Shown one piece after another: positions 36,311 to 48,912 of a stretch of DNA of 64,000 nt. Position 1 is the first letter of the stretch; each line of letters starts with the position of its first letter. A program made the position numbers and the translations under genes. Under the pieces are notes generated by a model that was not told the DNA's origin, made no database searches, and worked only from the letters and a program-made list of their open reading frames with translations. Source of the stretch: Blasia pusilla (lineage: Eukaryota); assembly GCA_050084515.1 (NCBI GenBank), contig CM114271.1, positions 14,322,001-14,386,000 of the forward strand. Reading direction: 5' to 3'.

Positions 36311-38024
36311 GTTGCTACCACTTACAATACAGAGACTAAGGTGTCCCTGCCCCTGCAAGGTCCTCACCCCTCGTCCACTGGTGTGTCATGCAAGCGACTT
36401 GATGTTTTGCAGAAGTCCAGCACAATGGGACAGCTCCATTGAGAACAAACGGTGAAAATTGAGTCACTTACTCCCTAATTTCACAACTTCTTCGAGACTA
36501 ATCAGCATGCCTACTCACAAACGACACTTGGAGAAGGATTGTACACAAAACTTGCATAGTCACTCAACAGGTATCTTCACTGGTTTTCAGCCCTCTGACC
36601 TGCAAAGCGCAGCTACACAAGTCAATAAAAAGAAGTACAAGACGCATCAGTTCCTGTCATTGAGGAGTGGAATTTGTCATAATTCAACTCGGATATCCCT
36701 GGACAGAAGGTGGAATCTGTCCAGGGACATCGGGGGACAGCCCAACCGGACAAACCTCTTCTCAAGTAATTCAAGTTAACCACATCAAGCGACTAACCAT
36801 CGCACGAACTTCTTGGGATGCAATCAGAATGACCAAATGCAAAGAATTCCCTCCGTGCTTGGCAACTCAATCGACCACCGTTACTCTTATCCACATCCGG
36901 AGTTCAAGAGTACTACATTCGAATGTGAAGCAGTAACAGATGAGAAGAAAATCACATTTTTCTGCAAGACACGCTCTGCGACTTCAAACTGAGTTTCTTA
37001 TTTTCAGAGAGAGCAAGTTGAGAAGATTCGGTGAAAAATTGGAGTCGTAGGCCATTCCGTACCTTTCCTGAAAGCACTCTACAGATAAAAGAGACGATAC
37101 CCAAAAGTTTTTCAATCAAATATTGCATTCCAGAAATTTTCGAAAATTTTCGAATATCGACACCCAAAACCACGGCAGCGCCAATACATTCTTTACTAAC
37201 AATAGACAATCGTACACCAGGACCGACATTAAGAGTGGATCTGGACAATTTTGAACCGCTAAAACGCCCTACAGATTGGTGGAATGAATGAACGGCTGAG
37301 TGGTTACATCCTGATTGACCTTTTGTGTCCCTGCATCTCTTGTGCAAGTTCCTGGTCACGCAAGGTCCGAAGAAAATTAGATGCCAACACGTTCACGTAG
37401 TGCATTTCCTCTCAGAAGAAACTTCCAAAACCATTTCACAACGTGAAATACCAAACGGGGAAAATGTGTGCAACGCTGAGTTTCACTACAAGGAACGTCA
37501 GAGGAGGAGACGTTGCAACCAGAACGGCATAAAATCCACGAAGAAATTCCCAAGAGCTTCTACTCAGAAGACCCAAGGTTTACGACGTGAGTCGCATCAC
37601 TTCAGGAACGGTCAAGTGCGAAAGATGCTTACTGTTCCCAAGTGCATCCGTGAACCTTCGCTAGAGTTGAAGCAGACAGAAAGGCCATAAACGTATGGAG
37701 GAAAAATCTCAATCTAGAGCTCTGCTGCTCACCATCGTAAATTGTACAAAGAAAAGCTCCAATTCGATCATAAAGCGGAGAAACAGAGGATCATCAATTC
37801 CGCATCCTCGCAGCCTATTACTCCTCGCCAACTCATCTCAAGAACCACCAAAACCCTGCAGCTCGCGTAGCCAGCAGCTGCTCATGTTCTCGGCATCGGG
37901 CACTGATGCAATGAATGGCGAGACGTTCCAGTGTAATTTCTCTTCCAAGAATTGCAAGATCATCTACAGCGTCATTCCAGTCCAGTGAAATTAAGCAATC
38001 GGGGCGCTTAAATCTCCCTCGTCC

Positions 38025-38033
38025 AAACCCTAA
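38025..38033. promoter_or_regulatory. Telo-box (AAACCCTAA) near the presumed MTA transcription start
   Basis: Exact AAACCCTAA in the GC-richer region ~1.7 kb upstream of the MTA ATG. Telo-boxes are established plant promoter/5' UTR elements. Confidence 0.4.
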
Positions 38034-38439
38034 ACTCGGGACAATAACATCACCACTGGACGAGAGAACAGACTTTCTGTCCGGAGGCGGTGCAAACAAT
38101 CCCTACAAGAGCCTGACGGAGAACGAAGGAACGGGGGGGTATCAGTTTACTAGGACGTGTCACGATGCAGCCCGCGGTGTAGCGACGGGAAGGGACAGAA
38201 CGGCTGTTAGCAATTTCCGTTTGTGATCGACCGGAATAGGGGGGCTTGCGTCCCTCGCGCTCTTATGGAGCTTATTCCAGTAGGGCCCCTCAAAGCTCCG
38301 CCATAGGAATTCATATGGATGAAAATTAATGATGTAAGTAATGTTTCATGAAACTAGCTAGTGTTATGGGCGGATGGGTAATTTTGAGTGTATCATTGAA
38401 CTCAAATGATTTTATTGGTTTAGACAAGGATTTTAATGG

Positions 38440-39195
38440 ATAGAAAGGACATGTGTCAAAAAGAAAATGGCAACAAGCTAACACAAACACCACCTGAATA
38501 AGCTACACAATTGATTGCTTGACATAAATGTCACAAAAATACTAGTGGTTGGTCAAACATGAATGGAAGACAAGATAAGTGACCCCCCGACCACTTCCGC
38601 TCTACGTATCAACGGTAAAGCTTGTGCATGTTGTAAGATCATCGAGATGTATTGCCAAAAAAAAAGTTGTCAGTACAAAGAGAGAAGGAGTACTAGAAGG
38701 GGCAAGGTGATGATTCTCAAGGGAGCGGTGAGCACATGTTTTAAGGAAAGTATGAAGAGATACATGCAAGTGCCTAAACACTTCCAATGCAAAGGGAATA
38801 AATCCATCGGTTATATGTCTCACAACATAACTAAACTCCTTGATTCGGCTGTTGCTTTGGCCGCAAAACCTTTAGTATATGTTGTTCAATACACCAAGTC
38901 CAAACGTGTTGGATCATCAATCATCACATCACCCAATACCCAAATTCCACCTCGAGACAAAACAAGATCAAGTCTGCTACGAGAGGTTGCTTGTGTAGTT
39001 GAAGGTAGGACATGGAAGTGCACTTGCCGAATTGTGTACCCTGGTGTACGAGCCAACGATGTTATCACCTCTCTAATTACATCATGTATGGTTGTTTGTC
39101 CTCCACCGTGTTCAAATCGAAGATATGAATACCCTTTGCATCAATGGGTTCTTTGCATACACAATTCGACACACCTATCGGAGAAGGATGGATAA
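38440..39195 (-). mobile_element. 5'-truncated fragment of an RLE-type (CRE-like) non-LTR retrotransposon: CCHC + endonuclease
   Basis: Minus translation across stop/frameshifts: CVCKEPIDAKGIHILRFEHGGGQTTIHDVIREVITSLAR...RLDLVLSRGGIWVLGDVMIDDPTR...GFAAKATAE/KEFSY...FIPFALEVF...FLKTCAH...QYISMILQHAQA. Collinear with the C-terminus of the 40113-43237 element. Confidence 0.85.
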
Positions 39196-39699
39196 GTCCG
39201 AGGAGCAATTGCTAATCTGTCGAAAATATATTTTAATGAAGACAAAATGAAAGAAGAACAAAAATTTGCAATAAACCATGCCCCCCTTTTAACCACGCAT
39301 GGACACAAATGATAAGAGATGCCTTGTGGAGAAAACTTTTATTAATCTGATTATTAATGCAAATTCTGGAAGCCCATAATTTGCACCACATCGAATAGAA
39401 AGTATGAAGACATATATTCGAGAACTGGGTTTTCTCGAGTTTTGAGTTTTGAGTTTGGGACGGGGGCGGCGGGAGGCATGGACGGGGACGGCGGGAGGAA
39501 GAACGGTGGGCGCCAGGGAAGAGAAGGGACATGGTACATATCGAAACGGAGAGCGTGACGAGGGCTTTGTTTTGATCCGGACCTTAATGCATGGCGTGAA
39601 GTATTTTTTTTTTATTCATCTTTTTAGAATTCGGTTCATATAAGGGTTCCAAATGTGAGTATTAGGGCTTTGCTTATTGTCATTTGGAGAAATTTCCCA

Positions 39700-42600
39700 A
39701 GGTAACGTCCTCTATTCACTCACCCTTCCCCTCCTTTCCCAAGTCCTTCCTTGTTTGTCGTATTTTTCGTATGTGCTTCTCATTTTGGTTCGATTCACGT
39801 TTGTATTTGTTACCCCTCCCGTAGATATACTTTTCTTCTCATCTATTTTATCTCGATTGGCCCATGATCTTTTCACACTCTTAGCAACTCTAGGTATTCA
39901 TGAGTTCATTTTTGGGAGTGGGTTGGGACTAGAAGTCCTAGGTGATGTCAGTAGGTGAGAGTTTATGTTAGAGGGAGCATTACCGTGGACGGAAAGAGAG
40001 TTGTTTGCTAGGACCGCTCGTTCGAATGGGGATGATAGGACAGTTATTGGCAGGGGATTGTCGCACGATTCTATTGGAGGGGGCCATGTCCTCTTCTTGG
40101 TGAGTTGCATCCATGCCTCGATCCGCATCGGCTCTCCGTGTGGGGACCCGTGGGTTGTCTAGTCGGGATACTAAATGCCCATGTTGTCACGAATTCTTCA
40201 CTTGTTCAAGAATTCGAAACCACTTAGCGGCTAAACATCCTGACTTTGATAGATTTGGATAGGTGGTCCCTCCGGTCGACCATGGATGCTCTCCGATGCT
40301 TCCCGCATCATCGCCCCCTCCTGAGGCATGGGAGTGATTGAGGTCCCACCAGGGCAGCAGTATAGGTCTCTTCGAGGCCCGTTTTCCCTGCCCGAGGTTG
40401 TTCCATAGGATCCCCCATGCTATTCGGGATGACCTCTGCCACGCATTCCTCCTTCCCCTAGCTAGGATCGCTCTTGATCCTATGGATGAGCTCTCTTGGT
40501 ACCTACTACTTCTCCTTCCACGATGGTGTCTTCGTTACACTCGGGGAGGGAAGGCCGGTCATAGAGAGGTTGTGGCACGTCTGAGATGCTTTCGAGGAGG
40601 TGATTGGGACTCTCTGCAGAGTGAGTTTGTGGCATTCGCCAGAGGTAGTAGTTCACTTGGTTTCCCGACGGAAGATCTTGGAGCAGCCAGGTTGCGACGA
40701 TGTAGGACATTGGGGCGAGCATGTGAATACTCGCGAGCTGCATGTGCTCTTCACCCGATGGACATGGCTCCTTCTTCAACTGTTACCATCGATGCCCTCC
40801 GGAGGTTACATCCTCGTCCAACGATTGACATTCCAGCTTTTGCACGTGACTTCCATCCTGACACGACTATATGCCTTGACCCGTCCCTCTTTGCACGGGC
40901 ACTCGGACGTTCTCCGAGGATTGCGGCCGGAGGTTTGTCTGGTATGGTGTACGAACACCTTCGTGATTGCTTTCCTTCCGAGGACACCGCTAGCGGCTTC
41001 TCCGAGTTGCTTCAGGTTGCCTCTCACCTAGCTCAAGGGAGAGTGCCAACAGCAGTGGCCCAAGTATTAGGGGCGGGGCGACTTTTGGCGTTGTCGAAGG
41101 AGGGTGGTGGTATCCGTCCGATTGCCATAGGTGAGGTGCTCTTGCGGTTGGTGAGTCGTACTCTCGCTTTGCAATTCCGTGAGGCTTTCCAGTCACATCT
41201 GAGTTGGCATCAGTTTGGAGTTGCCACGCCAGCCGAATGTGATACGGTTGCCTTAGGTTTGAGGGCTTGTCTAGATGTACATCCAGAGTGGGTGGTTCTC
41301 CAAGTGGACGTGGAGAACGCCTTCAACTCAGTATCTCGGGCTACTATATTCACAGAGTTGAGGGACGCGGGTGGCCCCATGGCGAGCCTCATTCCCTTTG
41401 TGCAAGCTTTCTATGGGGCCCCTTCGGCCCTCTATTTCCACCATGGTCGATTCGAGGAGGAGGTCACTGTCTTGGAGTCCTCACAGGGACTCGGGGTGAC
41501 CCTCTGGGTGGCGCGTTGTTTGCTGTGGCTCATTACCGAGCGGTTCTTTCTACGGTGGAGGCTTTCCCGGGTTGCATGTTCCCTTCGTTGGCAGATGATA
41601 CTCATATTGTTGGTCCTAGAGATCTGGTTGTCCCTGCATTCGAGCACTTTTCAGCACAGTTGGCACGTGTCGGCCTGGCGGTGAAGGTGGGAAAGTGCAA
41701 GGCTTGGTCTCCATCAGGCCTACGTGATGATCTACATTTACCCGACGGCTTCTTGTGACTTTTCGGAGGGCTTCGAGTCTTGGGAGTCCCGCTCGGGAGC
41801 CAGGACTTTGTATCGAGTTTTGTGGCAGCGGCTCTTACCAAGGATCTTCTCCACGTTGATGATCTTACGAGGATTGGTGACCCTCAAGTCGCCTTTGGCA
41901 TTCTCTCTTCTTGTTTTGCTCGTAGACCTGGTTACCTCACTAGAACGGTCTGGACATCTAGTCACCTTTCTTCCCTATATAGATCCTTTGATAGGAAGCT
42001 CATGCAGGTGTTTGGGGATCTTCTAGGACCCGGCTCCTTAGAGTGCCCCATGGGGTAGTTAGCTTGTAGACAGGCCTCTTGGCCGATTTATTTTGGTGGA
42101 GTAGGTCTTCTCTCGACCGAGTTAGTGGGGCCCTCCGCTTTTTTAGGGAGTTGGGCCACAGTGGCACTCCTCCTTTGCTCCCGATTTTGGTTAGAGATAG
42201 ACCGCTCCTTCTACACTACGTCTCCCAGGTTGAGGATGGCTCTTTCCCACTTCAGTCTTCACTCACAGCTTGTAGAGATTCCGTTCGAGTTGAGGCCAGA
42301 GCCGTTCTCCCCACTTTCTCCTCCTTAGTTACCTCCGGTTAGTCTGGGCTCCAATCTTCCTTGATGGAAGCCCACTTTGAGGCAGTTTTTAGAGGCACTA
42401 TGTCTGACGGGAATATCCCCATGGAGGTTAGGGCCCGTATTCGCTCTTGCTCCGGAGAGGGGATTAGGCTCATGGGTAGGGGCGCGCCCCCTTCTCCTGG
42501 CTTTCCGTATTGCACCACTTACCTATACCACAGTGATGCGGTTCCGCTTGGGCCTCCCCCAACCATCGGTGGTTGGTTCCACACATTGAGAGTATCGCCG

Positions 42601-43345
42601 GAGCCTGGATCCACTTGGTGTGCATTTGGCACGCTGTCCAGTTGGGGGTGAGAGGATAGCCACTCACGATGCAGTGCGGGATATCATGTTCAGTATTGCT
42701 CGGGAGAGTGGCTTCCATGTGTAGAGAGAGAGGCACTACTCCATGCGGGATTCCCTTATTCGTGCTGATCTTTACATGACACGAGAGGCTGAGGTGGTGG
42801 TGGTGGCGGACGTGGTAGTCACAAATCCTACGCGGGAGGCAGTGCGAGCCCAAGTGGTGGCCCAAGGGAGAATGCTACAAGGAGCGGCGGCGGCGGCGGT
42901 GGTGGTGAAGAAGACACATATCTACAGTCGACTTCACGAGGGACATATCTTCATCCCCCTGGCCATAGAGATGTATGGGGCTATGGGGGAGAGGTTCGAC
43001 TCGTTCCTTACGGACTGCGCCCATCATCTCCACTCGAGAAATGGGTTGTCCTTAGCTACTGCGATTCTCTATTGTAAGCAGCGGGTCTCCATAGCGTTGC
43101 AGCGTGCCCAGGCTAATGGGCTTTTGCGGCGGGCTCAGGCTGTGGGAGACGCCAGCGCTAGAGGCCCACTTAGTAGTAGTCATAGCTCTCTTGTTGTTGC
43201 TGATATTGTCTCTACTGTTGGTGAGTTTCGTCGTTAGGGGGGGAATACCCCCCTCTTCCTTTTCTGGTCTTGTTGTGGCCTTCAGGTTATGACTGTTTGA
43301 GTCCCCTCTTTTGTACTTCCGATGAGTTTTCCATCACACGTTTAT
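39700..43345 (+). mobile_element. Near-full-length RLE-type (CRE-like) non-LTR retrotransposon; boundaries approximate
   Basis: One disrupted ORF with ZnF, RT, CCHC and RLE in that order; no APE endonuclease, no LTRs. TSD and tail not identified. Confidence 0.85.
40113..43237 (+). pseudogene. C2H2 zinc finger - reverse transcriptase - CCHC - restriction-like endonuclease polyprotein
   Basis: ATG 40113 is in frame with CPCCHEFFTCSRIRNHLAAKH (40176-40238) and with the 40338 ORF. RT motifs GGIRPIAIGEVLLRLVSR, QFGV, QVDVENAFNSVSR, G(T)R-GDPLGGALF, SLADD (41588-41599), LGVPLGS. C-terminus VHLARCPVGGERIATHDAVRD, RADL, ADVVVTNP, KKTHIY, FIPLAIEMYG, QRVSIALQRAQA. Confidence 0.9.
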
Positions 43346-43663
43346 ATCGAAGTGCACCTTTATTTACCTAAGCCATTGCATGACATGCATGTAATCTTAG
43401 AATAATATTCTTAAGTCATAAATTAAATTCTTTTGCTCCTTATCATGGCCTAGCGCCACCGTGGGCTACCTACTACTAAGCATTCGTATACTACTAAGCA
43501 TTCGTAGGAGTTACCCCATTAGTCGAAGTCCTGGCTTCCTTCCAACAATTCCTTTTTTCTTGCAATGGAACCAACAACAAGTGCTCCCTTTTAAGCCACG
43601 TGGATTTTGGCATCTTTTTTATTCACATTCCCTCTCCCCGTGAGATACCACCACAGTAGCACG

Positions 43664-44317
43664 GTTAGTCCGAAGCTAGTCGGACTGAATGAAGCCTGCC
43701 ACGTAGGATTTCCATCCGCTGGAGTATGATACGGTCAGTGTAGACTGAGAAGTTACTGGGGAAGTTCCGACACCCGCGTAGACATTGCCGATGCATTACA
43801 GCGTATGTGTCATCATCACGCATCCGGAGTAAGCTTTCAGACGCTGCCCGCAGCCCGTTCCTCCGGCCGACGGTTGCTTTCCGATCTCTTGCCGGCGTCG
43901 ACGCCGAAGGAGCAGTTCCCAAATCCATCCCAATGCGACGGCACTTTCCAGCAACGAGGAGCTCGGACGGAACACGGAGACCGTGGCGTGGAAAGCCGCA
44001 AGAGATAGGAGGGTTAGGGACGGACGGAGCCAGGGAGGGAAGGGAGGATCGGACGGACGGAGGAAGGGAAGGGAAGGGGACGGACGGAGGAAGGGCATGG
44101 AGGATCGGACGAACGGAAGAAGGGAAGGGACGGACGGAGGAGGGAGGGATCCTCGAGAAGGCGAGGAGCGATGACATATGAGGAGCAGCAGCACGAGCTG
44201 GAGTCGACGGTGTTGTGTTTCTCCCGGGTGGTTTGGGATGAGTTGCTTCCAACCATAGCCGCAGCAGCATACAGCGACAGATGTACAAACAAACAAACGG
44301 TATAGCTTCGGACGAAC
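43664..44317. repeat. 654-bp segment bounded by 15-bp inverted repeats, with GGA/GGACGGA-rich interior
   Basis: GTTAGTCCGAAGCTA (43664-43678) vs TAGCTTCGGACGAAC (44303-44317), 14/15 match; purine-rich repeats 44005-44170; no TSD. Confidence 0.45.
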
Positions 44318-44543
44318 AATAAGAGCTTGGGACGTCGCTAGGCGCGCCAGGGGTCTTCGTGATGGTGCTGCAGTAGCTGTGAATTATCTGTTGCTTTTTG
44401 CTCCTCTGTTCGCTCTCGGGATTCTGTGAATCGCTGGGGATTATTGTTGTGTGTGTGCTAATCCCGGAGCTCTGTTCTGGAGTCCGAGGATCTGGTTTCG
44501 GACGCCAGGAATTGCGTAGGAGGGGGAGCGGGAGTGAGGCAAG

Positions 44544-45536
44544 ATGGATAAGGAACCGGAGGAGATGCAGTACCTCGGGGTGTGGGGGATCATGAAGGAG
44601 GGGTGGAAATTGATGAGATCGTATGGAAGGTTGCTAGCGTCGTTGACAGCAACATTGGTGCTGCCGCTTTGCTTCGTGGTCCTGGCGCACCATCTTCTGT
44701 CTGACCCGTTGGCGAGGAAGCTCCAGCGGCAGGAGGATGTGGAGATGACGGAGGAAGGGACTCCCGCCGGTGAAAGACTGAGGCAGCAGATGGACAAGGA
44801 GACTATAGGATTGATTGTCATGGGGATAGTCTATGTCCTCTTTGTGCTGTCGTTTTCTATGCTCGCATTCGCGGCCATTGTGTACAGCGTGGCCTGCATC
44901 TACACAGGCAAAGGCGTGTCTTACTCCAAGGTTTTGAGTGTGGTGCCGAAAGTGTGGAGGCGTCTCATGGTGACTTTGTTGTGGTCCTACTTGGGGATGT
45001 TTGCGTACGAGGTGGTAGGGTTGGTGGGTATCGTTCTGATAGCCATCCTTTCGCCGGCCCTCGGTGTGCTCACTCCTCTTGTGTTCTTCTTATTCTTGGG
45101 TGCATTCTTTGTTGTGCTGCTGTACTTGATCATGATCTGGGACTTGGCCAACGTCATATCGGTGCTAGAGGAATCGTATGGCTTGGGCGCTGTCAAGAAG
45201 AGCGTACATCTGCTCAAGGGCAAGCGATTAGTTGCGTGCGCCCTCGTGCTTATCTACGGGCTACCTCACATTATTATCTCAGAGCTCTTCCAAGGGCAGG
45301 TGGTGGACTCGCAGGGGAGCGGGTGGGCTCGAGTCCTCTATGCAGCTCTGCTCATCTCGTTGTTTTCTTCGGTGTGGTTGATGGGACTCATCGTGCAAAG
45401 CGTCCTTTACTTCGTTTGTAAGGCTCATCACCACGAGAGCATCGACAGATATGCTTTAGGCGATCACCTAGATGGATATTTGGGAGAGTACATGCCTCTC
45501 AAGGACCCGATTCCGTTGGAAACACTTGAGCCGTGA
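44544..45536 (+). CDS. Uncharacterised multi-pass membrane protein, At5g44860/At4g19950/At1g31130-like ('PAB1-B-binding protein' annotation family)
   Basis: Intronless 330-aa ORF with ~6 hydrophobic segments. Family motifs MD..PEEMQYL, LVLPLCFVVLAH, VYSVACIYTGK, VVPKVWRRL, VISVLE..YG..A..KS..LLKGK, YFVCKAHHHESID, DHLDGYLGEYMPLK. Confidence 0.9.
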   Translation: MDKEPEEMQYLGVWGIMKEGWKLMRSYGRLLASLTATLVLPLCFVVLAHHLLSDPLARKLQRQEDVEMTEEGTPAGERLRQQMDKETIGLIVMGIVYVLFVLSFSMLAFAAIVYSVACIYTGKGVSYSKVLSVVPKVWRRLMVTLLWSYLGMFAYEVVGLVGIVLIAILSPALGVLTPLVFFLFLGAFFVVLLYLIMIWDLANVISVLEESYGLGAVKKSVHLLKGKRLVACALVLIYGLPHIIISELFQGQVVDSQGSGWARVLYAALLISLFSSVWLMGLIVQSVLYFVCKAHHHESIDRYALGDHLDGYLGEYMPLKDPIPLETLEP

Positions 45537-48500
45537 TTCACTCAATCTGTTTGATTGTTGCATAGCTGCATGACTGGGATCGTTCGGAGCTTCTTCCGTA
45601 TTCCCTGTTGATTTACCTGCATGCCTCTTCGCGGGCAGGACGGGACGAGCTTCCGGTATTTTAATCTGTGGGGCTAAGTTGGTTATGTATATTTCAAGCT
45701 TTTGAGAAACCCAAAGAAATTATTCTGCTTCGGACTAGTATTCCAACTTGTTACGAGGTGAGCACCCCTCCTTGTAAATACGCATGTCTCTTTGAGAACT
45801 CCCACTAGATTCGGTGGTTCAAGTGATACTGGGAGTAAAGTATGGGGTATATCGTTATTTCACTCGGGACATGAATTGCTTTTGTTCGGTTTACGTACCT
45901 CGACTTTCTCTCTCCTGATTTCACCAATCATTCCGTAGAAGAATTTCTGTATGGTGCAACATGAATGGTCCTGGTTGTTGATGCCGATGTGTGTTCCGGC
46001 CCCAAATTCTTGCTCTTCTCTGTGCTGGAGTTCGCAATGCGTAATTTTTCGTACGGTTATTCACCGTCACAAACTTCAGTGCCATGTTTGTCCAAATCTG
46101 GGGGGTTCATCCTCGGAGCCTTGAAATTCTGTCACTCATCCAGCTCAAAACATTCGGCATCCGGACAGATCGAAACATCCTACAAGGAAATTGCTGGAGA
46201 GCCCGAAGAGACTCCCGCCTGTCGCATATCCCTGCCGTGGTTTTCTTGTTGAAGTGACTTTTTTCTTGTATCCCCAGATATGCTTGCATTGATCAGCGGG
46301 CCAAGTCGATTCCGGAGGGCAATCGACATTACTCATCTTTTCCTGCTGTTTGTCCTATGGAGGAACGCCATCCTCATTCTGCGAGGGAACTGGTGATTTT
46401 ACTGGGCCAGGCTTTGTGGTTATGTTTTGGAAGTAGTCGAAATCGTTGTAAATGCCTGGGAGGTCGAACACTCTGGGGGATTTTCATGGGTATGCTGATT
46501 ACTGCGCGCAGCCACTCCACCACGCTGCGGTCTGAAGATTTGGCCGGGATACATGGGTGTGCCGAGCCTCTCACCGTTCCTTGAGCGCAAAGTCGCCTTC
46601 GGCAACTCGAAGTGATGCGTTGCTTCAACGTGGATTTGGACGTCCATCAATGTGGTCAGTCTTCCCAGTTTGTACTTTGGGCCGGTAAGATGATTGTTGA
46701 CAACTGATTGGCCTACAGCTGGACTATCGAACTACATCATGGACTTCGTCGTCACCGTGTAGTAAGCGAATTACCGCGCACGAGTCGAACCTGTAAAATC
46801 CTGAACTTTTCAGCGTGGCCAAGGTGTCGTCTCGTGATTGTACACTTTCTGGTTGTGTGAAATTCGGATTGATATGTAGGTGTCTACGCATCCTAAAGTA
46901 CGCAGGGGATCCCAAACCGAACGTATCATCCACTGGAGTAGCATTCCTGGTCGAGCCTCCAACATCACCGACTGTTAGCAAACACGACTGCAAGTTTAGG
47001 TTGCATTCAAGGGCCTACTTACATCCCTCCGGCTCGCTGGAAATCTCCTTGGGATTCGGGGCGATGACCGCGGATAATCTCAGTTGACGATCACGGATAT
47101 GTTCTCCTGGAGCTCGACAGCGGCGGAACTCTGAAAGTGGCCAGTTCGCACGGATCCGACTCACAGGTCCATCAAGCCAAGGCGTGCGCGCAGAGCATGG
47201 CAAGGACGAATGTTCGTGAAGACTTTTTCTCTCCTCCCCAATCGCCCGAATAGTCCCCATCTCCTGTTCGATTTTTCCATCCGCTGGTAAATAATTCCCT
47301 TACACTGCAGGAAGCCGCTGGATGGTTCTTCCGCTCGAAACAATCGGGTAATTGGACTCACGTGACCATCCGTACTTCAACATCCGAAACGATTTTTATG
47401 GCGTTTCCGCGCCTTTTACAAGTCTTGCGCCTCTGACTTGCAGACGAGTGTGGGGGCGGGGCAAAATACGCTCTCAGTTGACGGGATTGCCCACTCCAGG
47501 CCTCGGCAATTGCGCCTCTCTAACTTGCAGACGAATGTGCGGGCAGGAAATACACGCTCTCAGTTCACGAGCTTGTCTACTGCAGACCTTACAAACCCGC
47601 GAAAAGTGGGATGTCACATGAGGGAGTTCGCAACTCGAGCGGTGGCAGAGAGCATGGATGATAATGAAGGTTGATTGAGGGATTCGAAACACGTTCCGGC
47701 TGAGCGACGGTTTCGTCTCAAACACGACGTCTGCTTGGACTTCAACTCCCTACAGCAAGATGTGTGCCGCGATGTCTGCGATGCCGCGATGGATGGAAGA
47801 TTACGGACGATTCAAGAGATTAGGAGTCGGAGAGTAAAGAAAAACAGTAAATGTGAACGGTTTCGAAATTGCGTGATGCTTAAGGAAGCTTGCCGTGCTT
47901 AGAGCAACACACTTCCCAGGTTTCCCGGTTTACGTGCGACTCCCTCGTCAGATCCTTCGGATCCGCATGCTGCGAATGAGACGGAGGTGATGGAATTGAA
48001 GTCTAGATGAGACGGAAACATTCGCCTCGACATTTGGGAAACATTAGGAAACTTACCACTGGCTGTTCCATCGATCCCCACTGGAACTCCCGCATCATGT
48101 TTCCATTCATTGTTTTCATTTGTCAAGGTTACAACGCCGCCCTAGGAATAAGTGTGATTCGAATCTGATTTCCCGGGAATGTGACGAAGGTGCTATCTAC
48201 CGTCAGAGACGGGCTTATCTCCTGGAGAACGTGATACAGCAACGCTTTCACCTCGAGATCGGATCGGAAGGAAAGCTGTGGAATTGACAGTGAGAAAAAC
48301 GGAATGAAGCGACCAGGAAACACGTCTACGCAAAGCTAAGCTGTGTCTACTCACAGTAAGCCAAAACAACAACGCTTCCTTAGATTATCCAGTAGCTTCT
48401 CGAAAACAAGCCTCTTGCTGAAAAGATCATACGAGTGTCGGTTCCTTCTACCTTCTTCACAAGCTACGGACGAAGAGTCGGACGTCCATGTCCGTATGAA

Positions 48501-48912
48501 ATTTTATGGGCGGAGGAGGTGGACGTCTAAGTTGACTCCCAACTCTTTAATGAGTGGCTAATGAGAAGAACGTCATTTTACAAACTCGGACCCTTGGGAC
48601 GCGGAAGTAGGCCGTTTTTATTTTAGGGCCTCCGTAGAGATTGCGGCCACCTCATTTCCGCGACAATTTACACTTCCGTCGGACAATACAAAAAATAATA
48701 GTTCCAAGTCCTTCGCAGAAATTGTTAGACATTCAATAATAGCGGACGTTAGGACGTTGGACAGTTTTTGCGCCCAAAGGGCACTAAGAGTAATAGGGCG
48801 TCTCAAGTTGTAGATCGTAGCACTAGACGTTCAATCCATAACTTTTATTTATGGATTCACGTGTGGTTGAATGCGGGGTGCCGGATGAGATGGACTTGCA
48901 CCTCTTACGAAT

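Noticed and set aside
38563-39195. 210-aa plus-strand ORF as a gene
   Set aside because: It is the antisense shadow of the minus-strand RLE fragment.
39700-40112. HDV-like ribozyme at the 5' end of the CRE-like element, as in R2
   Set aside because: I could not trace the nested double pseudoknot by eye; a covariance-model search is needed.
43665-44296. Pro/Ser-rich ORFs of 207 and 166 aa
   Set aside because: They arise from low-complexity GA/CT repeats that lack stops in several frames; no recognisable domain.
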